The translations under genes and the position numbers were made by a program. Below the pieces are notes generated by a model. The model was not told the origin of the DNA and did no database searches. It worked only from the letters and a program-made list of their open reading frames with translations. Shown in pieces: positions 13,440 to 25,513 of a stretch of DNA of 64,000 nucleotides. The number at the start of each line of letters is the position of its first letter. Position 1 is the stretch's first letter. Origin of the DNA: Moniliella sp. 'wahieum' (taxonomy: Eukaryota). The stretch spans positions 372,001 through 436,000 of the forward strand of contig RSEE01000042.1 in the NCBI GenBank assembly GCA_003971905.1, in the 5' to 3' direction.

Positions 13440-14060
13440 CTTGGTAGCGCCACCACTGCTAGCGAACCAGGGGGATCGCCAGAGAGGATATCAGGACCCT
13501 CTGGTGCTCGCCATCCGGTCCCACCGTACCCGATGTAACGCTTGTGGATACGGATGAACGTGGTAGGCATCCGAGCGAGGAATCATTTCCATTGAGATTC
13601 AGTAGCCAAATCCTTCCAGTGCGCAAACGTCTTGCTCGTTGTCTTGGTGCCGTAGTATCCTCGCGTCGTCAGAACCAGGGGGGAAATGGCTCTTGAGTGC
13701 GTCCCTGGTACTTGGCATGCTTGTCGCATTCTGCTTGTTCCAGCAGCCGAAGCAGCTCCTTCTCCCGGTGTTCCAAAGGCCTCGTGGTGCTCTCGTGCAC
13801 CACCTTCCGGCCTAAGTGTCGCGCAGCGTGTGGTCCCACCTCCATGCCTGATCATCTGATTGCTCCAGGCCCCACATGACGCGGTAGTCGGTGCGCATTG
13901 CCCTCCACCAGCGCCTCGACCCATCCTTTTCCACCCCAGCAGGTTGTTGCGGACGTGGGTGTCGGGGATGAAGCGCACGAGCTGGAGAATGGGCTCCCGT
14001 ACTGCCTCATGCAACCCGATAAACAACAAAAGTCACCCGTGTAACCCCGTCCGATAGTCC
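13440..14060 (-). mobile_element. Decayed CRE/R2-like restriction-like endonuclease (REL) region, copy A
   Basis: Frames join to LHEAVREPILQLVRFIPDTHV...MRTDYRV..GPGA..SGMEV-DHT...LEQAECDKHAKYQGRTQEPFPPLVLTTRGYYGTKTTSKTFAHWK. Clear DNA homology to 48700-49460. Confidence 0.55.
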
Positions 14061-15962
14061 CGCCCGGCGGCCCGCTCCTCCCAGATATACGCACGCACAC
14101 ACACACTTAGTAGTTCTTGTGGAGATGAAAATGACACAAGTCAACACTATATGTCTTCCCAGAACCCGGTGTTAGAGCGTAGTGCTAGAGTTCCCCTGTA
14201 CGGCCCTTGGTGGGTCGACGGTGACGCTCGCTTAGCCGGCCGGAAGAGCTCCGCTCTTGCAGGCCGCGCACGCCCTGCTGGCTCCATCTCCCTTCTCTCC
14301 CTCCTGTCTCCTTCCCTTCAGACGTTGCTTGAAGACTTGTGGCTCATCACTTTACCTTTTCACGCCTTTTTGTCTAAAGGCTGGTTTGCAGCTGATCCAT
14401 GGAATCGCGAGTGCTCCCAAGTCGCACTCTAGCACCCGGCGATCAGTAGGGCATCATTCTCACTGGGGGTGTGGCTCTTACGTTTGTCCAAGCTCCCTTC
14501 AATTCCTCCTCAGGACTCAGCCTGAGTCCTGTTGGGACAAGACTTCAAATAATTGGAGAAATATGTAGCCGAATGTGGTCGTTGGCCTCTGTAGGCGTGA
14601 GCACCTGAGGTCAAGCGTTAAAATCATATGCCCGTTAAGAAGTGCCGAGAGTGAGCAGTATGTCGTGAGGCGAGCCCCGATACGGAGCCCGACCCCGGAA
14701 AATTTAGGGGTGACCGGTGAAAGCCCTTGGACATAATGGCATTAGAGTTACGTACGCTAGCTCCTGATTCAGATCCTGTTTGAGCCGAGCGGGTGTAGAG
14801 GCAAGGGAGAAACCCTCTAGTTTGGGTGGCTGCCTGCGTGATGATGCAAAGTCCGCAGCTCAGACCTTCCAATGTAGGAGGGGCGTACTTACGTCGTATG
14901 ACCAATTGAAGGAGTCCAGGATCTCCGAAGTTACTCTGTTCCTCACAGCGTTACTACACTCTAGGTACGCTGTAGTATACGCGGGAACAGACAGAGTCCT
15001 AAAGAAGAAGAGCAAAAGCGCTACTGATAGTACCGCGGCTTACAGCGTGGTCGACGTAAAAGTCGTATATTCGTAAGCGTGAGGGTGAAGAGTGGAGAGG
15101 GAAGCCGGGGGAAAGACGTGGGGCTGGCGTGTGTTCGTTGAGAGATCTACGAAATGCGGGGCTCGGTGTCCGGAGATGATCGATGACTAGTGACTGTAGC
15201 GCCCCATAACAGAGTAATAGTGACTGAGAGAGGAGTTGGTACTTGGTGCTCTGCTGTTGCTGCATGCGTGATGCTAGCGTGACAATGAAGCTTTAAGTAC
15301 ACCATCTTAACGTTTAACCCTATAAGGGGAAACTTATATACTAACTCAGACACGGAGAGGGGGGAGGGATTGATCGATTGAGTGAGAAACCCGGGACGAA
15401 GGGTGTATAGTCGAAGGCAAAGCGCCAAATAATACGCCACAGTTTGGAATAGCACGGAGAGAATATGATAGCACGCCCATGCCTGAGGTCTGAGATCTGA
15501 GGCCTGATGTTTCCGTATATACGCTTGATGAAGCTTGAAGAGGGGCGGGTCTGGGCGGCCAGGCACTGTTACCGCACAGGATTTAACGGAAAACCCACCC
15601 CGCACCCAAGAGTTGGACATGTTTGAGATGTAAGCCATTGTGGAGACGAAGCATGTCTCTTCGCGTCTTCGGCATATGACAAGATCATGAGCGATCGATG
15701 AGATACAAGTTTATCTTATAGAGATAGGGGGGCAGGGAGAACACACTTGTTTGCGCGGGTAGATCACATCATCGGTAGACTAGTGACTTGAGGACGAAAA
15801 GAGGCATTCTCTCTCCACACGTTGTGTCAGGCATATGCCTTTTGACAAGGCAATGATTGATATATATGATACAGATTACCCCCTTTTGACATGCGTGACA
15901 GACAATAGTACGTGGAAACGTTCCCTATACACTGTATGTATTTCTCTGTGCTTCATCACTGT

Positions 15963-16040
15963 CTCTCTCATTAATCATTGAATCCTCTCTCATTAATCAT
16001 TGAATACTTACTTTTAATCAGTCCCCTCTCTCATTAATCT
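15963..16040. repeat. AT-rich direct repeats CTCTCTCATTAATC(ATTGAAT), three copies, upstream of the C2H2 gene
   Basis: Two 21-bp copies at 22-bp period (15963-16005) and a partial third copy at about 16025. Confidence 0.8.
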
Positions 16041-16282
16041 CATTGGTCTCATTATTACCTGTTGAAGATATCACGCACAACTGGCTTCTGATGATCTGAC
16101 GTATCTGTGATTATTGCACGTATAGTAGTACAGCGCACAGACACAGTTACTGAAGAGAGAGGGACTATTTAAACCTCTCCCCCCAACCCATGTGGAGTAC
16201 GGCTGCGAGTCCATTCAACCAGCACCTCCATGATCGCAGCCACCATCATGAGCTTCCCCCTACCCACACCCAGTATTCCTAC

Positions 16283-17369
16283 ATGGACAACACCATTCAT
16301 GATGGTGGTACTGTGGATCCGAAGCAGCTAGTCTTGCCTAACACGGGCGCAGAGCAACCGAATTGTGACCTGTTGCCTTTACTGCCAACCGGGATGCCCA
16401 CGCAGCAGCTATTGCAGCATGCAAGCGACTACAGTGTCGGGGCAAACAGCGACATCTCCAACAACTTCTTTAACGCATCCGACAGCGTATCTGGCCAGGC
16501 TCCCGCAAGCCTGCCAAAGCAAGGTGTATCCAACCTCGGGCTTGATCAACATTTTGGGGACCACATGAGCCCATGAAGGAGGCAATGAAGCCATTTCCCC
16601 TGATGGGGGGCAATACTCATTGATTGAGTGGCAGCGGATCTTAGCTGAATTAGGTTGGTATTTGTTGGCCTTCTACAACAATACTTCCCCGGGGGACGCG
16701 GCATTATCCACTTACCCTCCGGGGGATATGGGATTATCCACGGATTCTACGCAGACACTGAACCAAAGTGTGGGATTCAACGATGCTGCCCCTAATTGGT
16801 CAAGCCACGCCCTGATGCCTGGAGAACCAGGTCCTGCTGTGATGCCGCCTTCTCCGCAAAAAAGCCAGGATTTCTCCCCTTATGTGGATGGCTCCCCTAA
16901 TGTGGACGTCTCCCCCTATGATTCAGTTGGATCCGATCTCACGGCGTGGGCCGGGTCTGAGGACGAGTATAGTCCACTCGCATCCCCGTCACCTCAGACC
17001 ACCAACCTAAAATGTTCAGGAGCCGTGCCACCAAGAAACCTGGTCGTGCGATCTGCCATAATCCTGACCCCAAGAAACCGAAGGAATCCAAAATTCAGTA
17101 CAAGGGAAGCGCGTACCGTGCCCTCTGTGCCCGCAGAGGTTTACGCGGGTATCCAACAGAAATGCGCATCTCAAAAGTCACAATAAAATCGGGAACGTCC
17201 GCACAAATGCCCTCTCAAGAGATGTGTTAAGGCCTTTTCTTCACAAACATGATCTCCAACGGCACGTGACCAGACAACATCTTGACCCAGACAGAGAATA
17301 TTTAACCCAGGCCGAACAAGATGCTATCGAGAAACGCTTTGGAAAAAACTTGTCTTCCAGCCAAACTTA
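16283..17369 (+). CDS. C2H2 zinc-finger transcription factor (two C-terminal fingers); frameshifted
   Basis: Frames not shown in the ORF track give CPLCPQRFTRVSNRNAHLKSH (about 17119-17181) and ERPHKCPLKRCVKAF..KHDLQRHVTRQH (about 17194-17280). Low-complexity S/P/D-rich N-terminus with a TVDPKQL motif. Start uncertain (16190 or 16283). Confidence 0.8.
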
Positions 17370-18056
17370 AAGACAGAGCGCCCCGTCTTGATGAGTAGGC
17401 GCCGGGAATCATTCCAGTCCCCTCATCGTGCTACGTCCCGTCGTCATCGAGCGTCATATATACGTTTGGGGCTTTTTCACACGGCGGTATATATACCCCC
17501 CCCAATCCTCCCCCCCCATTGACCTCCCCCCTCCATCACAGTATATCTCCGGCCTAACATCTTGTGCTTCTTTCTCATGCCTCTCATCGCTTGGATCTCA
17601 TTCTTATATATCACAATACAACACTCGGTTTTGCATTGTTTCGCTCTTATAACACACTCATGGGCCTCCCTTACAATTGCTTTTTGTGTGTCCAACAAAA
17701 ACCACAGAAGATCGATATATGCTTCTCAAACTACAGAGAGGAGATGTGGAGTTGTATTAACAAAGATCGATGCGACTGACGGAGGGGGGAGATAGATAGA
17801 TACTTGTTCCCAGCTATTCCCATAGTGTCACAGGATGATTCAGAACTTGTTTATTCGGTCACTGCCTTTTCTCCCGTAGGTTGTATACACACCTCTATTT
17901 TGTAACCATATCATTTGACAGAGCGTAAGGGGGACAAAGAAACGCTGCGGCTAAACCGACCCGTTCATCCGCGCGTGTCGGGCTTATAGCGGATTTCGCA
18001 GCCCACCATCTCCGCGCGCTCAGCCTGGCTCTGCACTGCCCTCGTCCAACACCACC

Positions 18057-18990
18057 ATGTCGAGCTCCGAAGACCTCTGCGGATGGGCGACAGAAGGTAA
18101 TTATATCGTCTGCAGGATGGTTTACCAGTAAGCAGTCCGATCTTAAGGAAGCAGCCCAGCTTTACAAGGGTGCCGCCAACAAGTTTCGTCTCGACAAGCG
18201 ATACAAGGAGAGCGGGCATGCCTTCATGAAGGTCGTTGAGACAGAGGTATCTAGTCGCCAGCTTGAAATGGCCCGGACAACACCTATTGGGAGGCCAGCA
18301 AGGTTTGAAGCTGGTGCGCCCTGAGCTTGCAGTCACAGCACTGGAAAAGAAGGTGGTGCTCCTCTCGATAAGGGCCAGTTCCGTCAATCTGCCGATCGAG
18401 AAAAGTCGATTGCAGAACTTCTCAAGAACGAAACCCATGACCGAGAAAAAGCCCTTTCTGACTATACCTTCAGGCAGCTGATTGGTACCTACAGGAGAAG
18501 GAGCCAAGGCGGACGCTTCCTCGACCCCATCCTTGCAGGGCAATACTGACCTGATCTGTATATCCAGTATGGTCAGGCTGCTGCGCGAGGTAGGCCAATT
18601 GGCTGCCGAAACGGGGCAATATCCTTGGCGATTGAACAAAAAATGGGGGAAAGTAGCAACGATGAGTCTCGAATCCAATCCAGTAACGAGGTATGCGGTC
18701 AAAGATACTCCCTGAAGCGGAGGGTTTGTGCTAATATCTGACCCATCCTCGATTTGTTGCCTGGGGGCGGGCGATGAAGTTTTATGCGCAACAAGACCCT
18801 GCCTTCCCTCCAACGATGGAGGAAAGGTCTTGAACAGCTGGCTCGAGGCTGCCGAGTCGGGGGATCTACAAAACTTTAACACCATCGTCCAGGACTTTGA
18901 CCGTACCAAGCGTTTTCGGGTTGACAGGACAGCCTGCTCATCGTGATTAGACGACACTTGCAAAGGAGTCCGTCGACCTTTCGCTACGTT
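18057..18990 (+). CDS. SEC17: Alpha-SNAP (SEC17) homolog, strongly diverged and heavily frameshifted
   Basis: MSSSEDL...SSAGWFTSKQSDLKEAAQLYKGAANKFRLDKRYKESGHAFMK, NTYWEASK, RPELAVTALEK, KGQFRQSADREKSIAELL, TRYAVKD, QDPAFP, LEAAESGDLQNFNTIVQDFD. Confidence 0.8.
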
Positions 18991-19286
18991 TGTGTTGTGG
19001 TTTGGTAGGTGTGTGATGATTGATGATTGAAGCATGTGTGCATGAGGACACCCCATACAGACAAGGGCACCAGCGATCCTAGTGATCGGATGGCCTTCCA
19101 GTGTCATGTCATACTATGATGTATGCATCGGGACCTATGCGTTCATTCAGTGGTTAAAGGACCACAACGTTATCGTATTGGCGTGCGGAGGAATGGCAGG
19201 AGAGATATAAAGGAGGCGAAAGCTGGTGCTCTCTTTCCTCTTAGGGAGTTTCGCGCTCAGACTAGAAGTTCTTGATTAGAGGAAAG

Positions 19287-20233
19287 TTAGTTCCACTTGT
19301 CGGGGGTGTGGTTGGCCAAATCCACAGCGTTGCAATGTCAAGTGCCACATAGGTCGGTTGTAAATGGGCGATCGGGGCGATCGAGCATAGCCTTGGAGTG
19401 ATGCCACTGAGGACGAGGCAGGTGGCGAAACCGGCACGGCGACCCGAACGGAATGTCTGTGTCGAGACGATCACCAAAGAAGATGGCACGCGAAGGATCA
19501 ACGTTGTGCGCCTTGACCACGCAGTCCAGAATGGTTGATGAGGTTTGCCAATAACTACAGGCTCCCGACCGTAGAGTTGATCAACGGGGGCACACGTAGC
19601 CCCAGCTCGGGCCAGGGACCACCAATAGCGGGGTAGTCGTGTCTCATTGGTGAGAATAAAGTGGACATCCGGATCCATTACATACTTGGCTGCCTTGGCC
19701 GTTTTGGCTAGTTTGTCACGTCAAATCCCACGATCACAGCCCCGACGTCGGGATCAATGCTGCTGGAGCGGCGAGGGCCTCGAAAGGATGGTCGGGAGGA
19801 AGGCCAGGAGATCGGTGGTAAGGGTCTTTGGGCCGCCGATGTGCTCAACGCCCTCGAGATCAAGCTCATGTTCGATCCTTCCATACCGAGAACGTACTTG
19901 TTGCGCTTTTGCTCCTTTATCTTGAGCCTTTGGATACATACACAGCGGCAGATAGGCGGAAGAGATCATCTCATCTCGTGGACCTCGATACCGAGCTTGG
20001 CGAACTTTGAGGTACTGTGCGCGGGAAACCGAAGCATTGTTGGTGACAAAGAGCACCTTCTTGCCCTGAGAGCGAAGGTAGGCCAATGCGTCGGCGCTGC
20101 CGGTGATGGGGGTGGCGATGCGGTAAAGGACACCATCGCAGTCAAAGATGAACGTGTCGTACTTGGCAAGCAGCTCGGACGAAAAGCCCTTGGGGGAGAG
20201 CTGGAGCTGGCGGTACGCGTCGGTGGCGGACAT
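19287..20233 (-). CDS. PHO13: HAD-IIA phosphatase (p-nitrophenyl/phosphoglycolate phosphatase, PHO13-like)
   Basis: Motif I FIFDCDGVLY, motif II FVTNNAS, FILTNE, VVIGKP, motif IV FFGDRLDTDI, TCLVLSGIT. Confidence 0.88.
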
Positions 20234-21260
20234 GCGTGTCGAAACAAGAACAGACGGCAAAAGAAGGTAGGAGAGTGTGTTCGTGCGGGTTCAGGTGAGG
20301 GGGAGACGCGGATTTTATACGGGGCCACGGGATATCCTAAGATCTCGCCGGAGACCCGCGCGGGCTCGAATATAGCATTGCGCAACGCCAACGCGTATTG
20401 CTCCATGACGTCAGTGCCGGCACTGCGCCATTGTGGGTGTGACTTGGCGTGAAACACCGGACTAAGCACAGCAGTCAGCGGCCGGCCGCTTCATTGCCGC
20501 CTCCCACAACAGTTGAGGGCACTGGTACGATGTGGAGCAACGGCTGTGGTCTTTGATAGATTGAATGGCCAGTTCAACGATGAACGTATGAAACATTTTT
20601 TTCGTTCGTCCCGATCTAGACGGAAAGTCGCTTCAAGCTTCCAGCTTCAGCGCCAGCTGAAGCTACAATCTGGGTCAGAAGAGTGTTCATGACTCAGCGT
20701 GTGCCCATCGAGAATCGCTCATCGCAGCTCTCAGCATAAAACGGAGAAGCGCCATCGATTGGCTCCTTCAGATGATATAAAAACCATTGCAACACACCGG
20801 GGCCCACAGAGAGTGCTGAGCCGCTGAGGAAGATAGATAACCAATAGGCGCTAGGTCCGGTCTCTGGCAGTTTGGCATACACTCCCCAAGTGCGTACAAT
20901 AGCACCATCATCGACCACTACAGGCCTCAAGATGTGTGTGCAGCGGGGGACGAGTGACGGACGTGATGATCATTGGTGACTGTGGTGTATCTGCCGATAG
21001 ATTCCCCGTGGCAATGCCCAAGTTTTCGATCTCAGATCGCGCTGCCCCTACGCCTACCAGTTCTATACACCCCAACAGTTGGCAACATGTGTGCACTGAG
21101 AAATATTAATGGCAAAAAGAAACGTCACGATGCGTGACGCGCGTAGTGCTGGAAGTACAGGTGCATTGCAAAGCACGCCCAACGTTCAGCGGTTCAGCGC
21201 GTTCAGCGTTTGTTCAGATACCAGGTTTCAACGATCACCGGGACCAGCAATGGGAAGTTA

Positions 21261-22629
21261 CTAGGCCAAAATTTGAGTGAGCAGCTGACCAGTTGCTCGT
21301 TCTCCTCTTGAGTACCAATGGTAATGCGTAGGCATCCAGGACATCCAACTCCTTGGAGCGGTCACGAACTACAACCGCGTGTTCTCAGCCATGGTCTTGT
21401 ACACCCTCCCCGCCCGCGCCGAGTCAGGTTGGGGTTTGCTTCCGACCGAGGACGGTCCAAGACAGGGACAAGAATAAAATGGCATCATGCTCCCCTTGGC
21501 TTGCCCCAGAGCAGGAATTTGCTTCAACGCACCAAAAGCCAGGCACGGTTCGCGATAAGCGTCGTCAGGTTCCTCCGCATTTTCTCCAGCCCATCATCGC
21601 TCAGGGCCAGTGAGGCTAGACGAGCGGCAGGCACCGACACATTGTACGGCGCCTGGTGTTGTTCATAATCTGGATCAGGGGGGAGGAAGCGTACGCTACC
21701 CCCATACTAAAACACAATACAAGAATGTCAGTATGTTGAGGGATGACCTGTGAAGGAAGATGGACGTACCGCACACCCGCCAAGCCATATGCCTTGCTTA
21801 GCGTCTCGGTCACAATCACATTGGCGTATTTGTTAACAAGGGGGACAGCCGACACTGGTGGCTCTGCAGCGCGCTTGCCTTCACGAATCTCTTGCTCGGC
21901 AAAGTCGATGTAGGCTTGGTCGACAACTACCAAGCCGTTCCAGCGGTCAAGTTGGCAATCGTCTCAATGGCCTTCATTGAAAGGAGCGTGCCGGTAGGGT
22001 CCCCGGAGAGCAGAGAAAGACAGCCTTGATGCTCGGATCCTTTGCCAGGGCCGATAGGACTGCTTCTGTGTCGAGCGCAAACCGGCCATTCTCCGCCCTC
22101 ACCCGCGCCGGGGGCGGGGTCGACAATCAAAGGCACCTTGACCACCTCAAGTTCGTTCACCGCCGCACACACCGCGTACATCCCATACGTGGGGGGGCAG
22201 ATCAGAATCTTGTCTTTGCCCGGACGGCCGACGATGCGCTGGATCAGGTCCAGCACCTCATCCGAGCCAACACCAAGCATGATGTTGTCCTCGCCCCCGA
22301 CACCACGGAGAGCAGCAAGACGTTGCTTGACGCCAAACAGCGACGGATCCGGGTATCGGTGCAGCGGCAAGCGGAGCAGATCCGCCTCCTCACTCTCGAC
22401 CGTCCCTGGGGCACTATTGGGAGGTGGTGCAGGAGGCCGTGGCCCATGCTGTTCTCGTTGGCGTCGAGCAGGACGCCCTCTTGGTAGTCGTCGCGAGCAC
22501 AGCGGTAAGGTTGGAGGGCGAGGATGTTGGGGCGGATAAGGGCAGTGAGGTCGAAGTGGGCTGGCTTGAGCGTGGCCTGGAGCTGGGCGGCCTTTTCGGG
22601 GCTGATGCCGGGATGGCGAGGGAGGACAT
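21261..22629 (-). CDS. HIS5: Histidinol-phosphate aminotransferase
   Basis: FDLTALIRPNILALQPYRCARDDYQEGVLLDANEN, RYPDP, LGVGSDEVLD, CPPTYGMYAVCA, VVVDQAYIDF, PLP lysine motif TLSKAYGLAGVR, GCLRITIGTQEEN. GTACGT...CTGAC...TAG intron at about 21706-21768. Confidence 0.95.
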
Positions 22630-23048
22630 GCGGTGGGGTGGCGGGGGGGGGCGGAGGAGCAGGAGCAGGTGCAGGGCAGATCCACGGGCTAATAAAAGAA
22701 GCCGCCGTCGGGGGGCTCGAGAGGCGGTGACTCGGACCGAAGCGGACAAGGACAGCCAGCGCCCAGCCGGACATGGGCTCGTCCCGGCCTGCCCTCGGAA
22801 GCACCTGCCCTTTTTTTCCGCGCGCTGCTTGCAACTTTCAAGTCGGCCGGGCAGCGCCCCTTGAACGTTCAACCTCAAAACGGGTGGTTCGCGGCGGGGC
22901 GTGCTTACGGCATCCAGTTCGACCTGGGCACTGCGCCAACCCGACGGCAGTTCTGCGTCGCTGGGCGCACGCCGCAGCCGGGCCTCTCCACCACCCCCCC
23001 CCACCCTCCCCCTCCCGCCGGTCCCCCGGTCGACGCTCGCTGCCCAGG

Positions 23049-24168
23049 ATGGAGATGCTTGCGTTCAACGTCGACAACGGCTACCTCGAGGGTGTCGTGC
23101 GCGGCTACATGAACGGCCTCTTGACCGCCTCGCAGTTCCAAACCCTGACCCAGTGCGAGACGCTCGAGGACCTGCGTATGCAGCTCTCGGCCACCGACTA
23201 TGGCAACTTCCTCGCCAACGAGCCCTCGCCCCTCACCACAAGTGTCGTCCTCGACCGCGCGACCCGACGCATGGTGACGCAGTTCGAGTACCTGCGCGAA
23301 AATGCCGTGTACCCTCTCAGCAAGTTCCTCGACTTTGTCACCTACGCCTATATGATCGACAATGTCATCCTCCTCATCACGGGCACGCTCCACGAACGTG
23401 ACACGCACGAGCTGCTCGAGCGCTGCCATCCACTGGGCTGGTTCGATACGCTCCCCGCTCTCAGTGTCGCCAATACCGTCGATGAGCTGTACCAGACTGT
23501 GCTGGTGGAGACCCCGCTGGCTCCCTACTTCCGCGATTGCCTCTCGGCCGCCGACCTGGACGACCTTAACATTGAGATCATCCGCAACACTCTCTACAAG
23601 TCATACCTCGAGGACTTTTACCAGTTCTCCCTCTCTTGGGGGCGTGACGACCGAGGCGATGCAGGACCTGCTGGCCTTTGAGGCTGATCGCCGCGTCATC
23701 TCCATCACGGTCAACAGTTTTGGCACCAGCCTGACCAAGGAGGAGCGCGCCCGCCTTTTCCCCTCGATCGGCAAGCTCTATCCCGCGGGCAACAATGCCC
23801 TGGCCCGTGCAGATGATGTGGAGCAGGTCAAGGCCGTGTGCGACATGGTCCCTGAGTACAAATCCTTCTTTGATGCTCCTCCTGGACAGGAGGAGGCCCA
23901 ATTGGACCATCTAGAGGATAAGTTTGCCAAGGAAGAGGTGAGGATCACAAGATTCTTACCATTCAGCAGTTCAACTTCTCCATATTCTACGCCTGGGCCA
24001 AGCTGAAGGAGCAGGAAATTCGCACCCTTGGCTGGATCGCCGAGTGCATTGCTCAAGGCGCCCGAGGTTCGTACCCTACCCCTTGTCATGCTGTTCGTGT
24101 GGCACAAATACTGAGCGCTGACACTGCATTCGTTCGCAGACCGTATTGGCGACTACATCAATGTGTGA
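23049..24168 (+). CDS. VMA6: V-type ATPase V0 subunit d
   Basis: [76 protein letters not shown]. Terminal intron at about 24068-24139, then RIGDYINV*. Confidence 0.97.
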
Positions 24169-25513
24169 TCCCATCGCTTGTCAGGTTGCCCTGTCCCATT
24201 GCCTCTCCGGACCAAAATCTTTCATCTTACAGCCGCAGCCGAATGGATTTCTAATGTATGTTTCGCCTGCCTCTGCGCCAAGCGGATGTGCTTTACGACC
24301 AAATGAACATGGTCTGGTCTTCAACGTCCTCATGCAGCTAGCGCAGAGGCCCCTGCATGTAGCCCTGCGGGGGACATGGACACCTACAGAGTGCGGAAAG
24401 GGGAAGAAAGCCCCAACCGAGACAGTTCTCCTGGTCACAGTCGTGGGAGCGGTCCGCCCATTTCCAACAAGGACAGTCGGTCCCGGTTCAGGACCATAAT
24501 GCTGTGTCAAACGCAACGTATCGGTTTCTGGTGTCGGTGAGGCCGTGGTGTTCATCAGTTGGCTTGCAGTGCGTTTCGCTCAGCTGAGCACCAATCCTTC
24601 ATCATGAAACCACGTTAGACCCCGCATGGGCGATCTTTGGGGGCCATGCGTTTCCCCTCATGCTTTGCCAGTGGTATGGTTTGGATCAAGTGTGCGTGCT
24701 ATTGATTCTCCACTGTTCATGGCGTTTATGGTGGATGGACCAACACACAACCAACCACTTATGAATGACCAGAGGTTAGTAAGACCCCTTCGGCCTTATA
24801 TTAGGAGAGCCTCCTGTCAGTCTATGTTGCACCTTGAAGCTTGACACCGCAGATCGGACAAGTCAATCAGCTCCTTTCAACTGTAATCTGTGTCAGGGGC
24901 ATTGTGTCCGATGCGCTATCGATGAAGGAACTCGGAAGGGGCGACAAACGGTGTACGGCAATGGCTCAACAACTCAGCAGGGGTAACCAAGAACAAGAGG
25001 CAAGGGACATGACATGATGGGGGTGGAACGGCACGCACACCAATACAACCAGAGATAAGCGTACAAGCACGAAAGATGGAGGACAAACGATCAAAGGTTC
25101 GCCAAGTTAAATTGGTGAGAACAAGGGAGAGAAACGGCAACTCTCGTGCGTCGCGGCGATGGGATCCAGGACAGGAAACTAGATGCGGCCCAGAACAAAA
25201 CAGAAACAAGAGGCGACCGGAAGGAGGGACAACCGGAGGGAGGGGGGGGGGGGTTCGAAAGGCTAACAAGACCCAAGCGCGTTTCTCGATCGGGGAGTGG
25301 GCAGGCCAAACAAAAGTGGAGGCTGAGGCTTGACGTGAGTAGATCGAGATGGGCAGCGGATGCGGAGGAAGGACGTGGACTGTGGACGGCTAACGAGCCT
25401 GTAGGGGAGGGGGGATCATAGTCCGTCCAAGGAGAGGGGAAGGAGGATCAGAAAGGACAAGTACAAGACCAATGGTCACAGGAAAAATGCACCAAGAATC
25501 GCAACGGCGGCGA

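Noticed and set aside
17965..19107. 380-aa minus-strand ORF
   Set aside because: Lies antisense to the SEC17 homolog and has no recognisable motifs.
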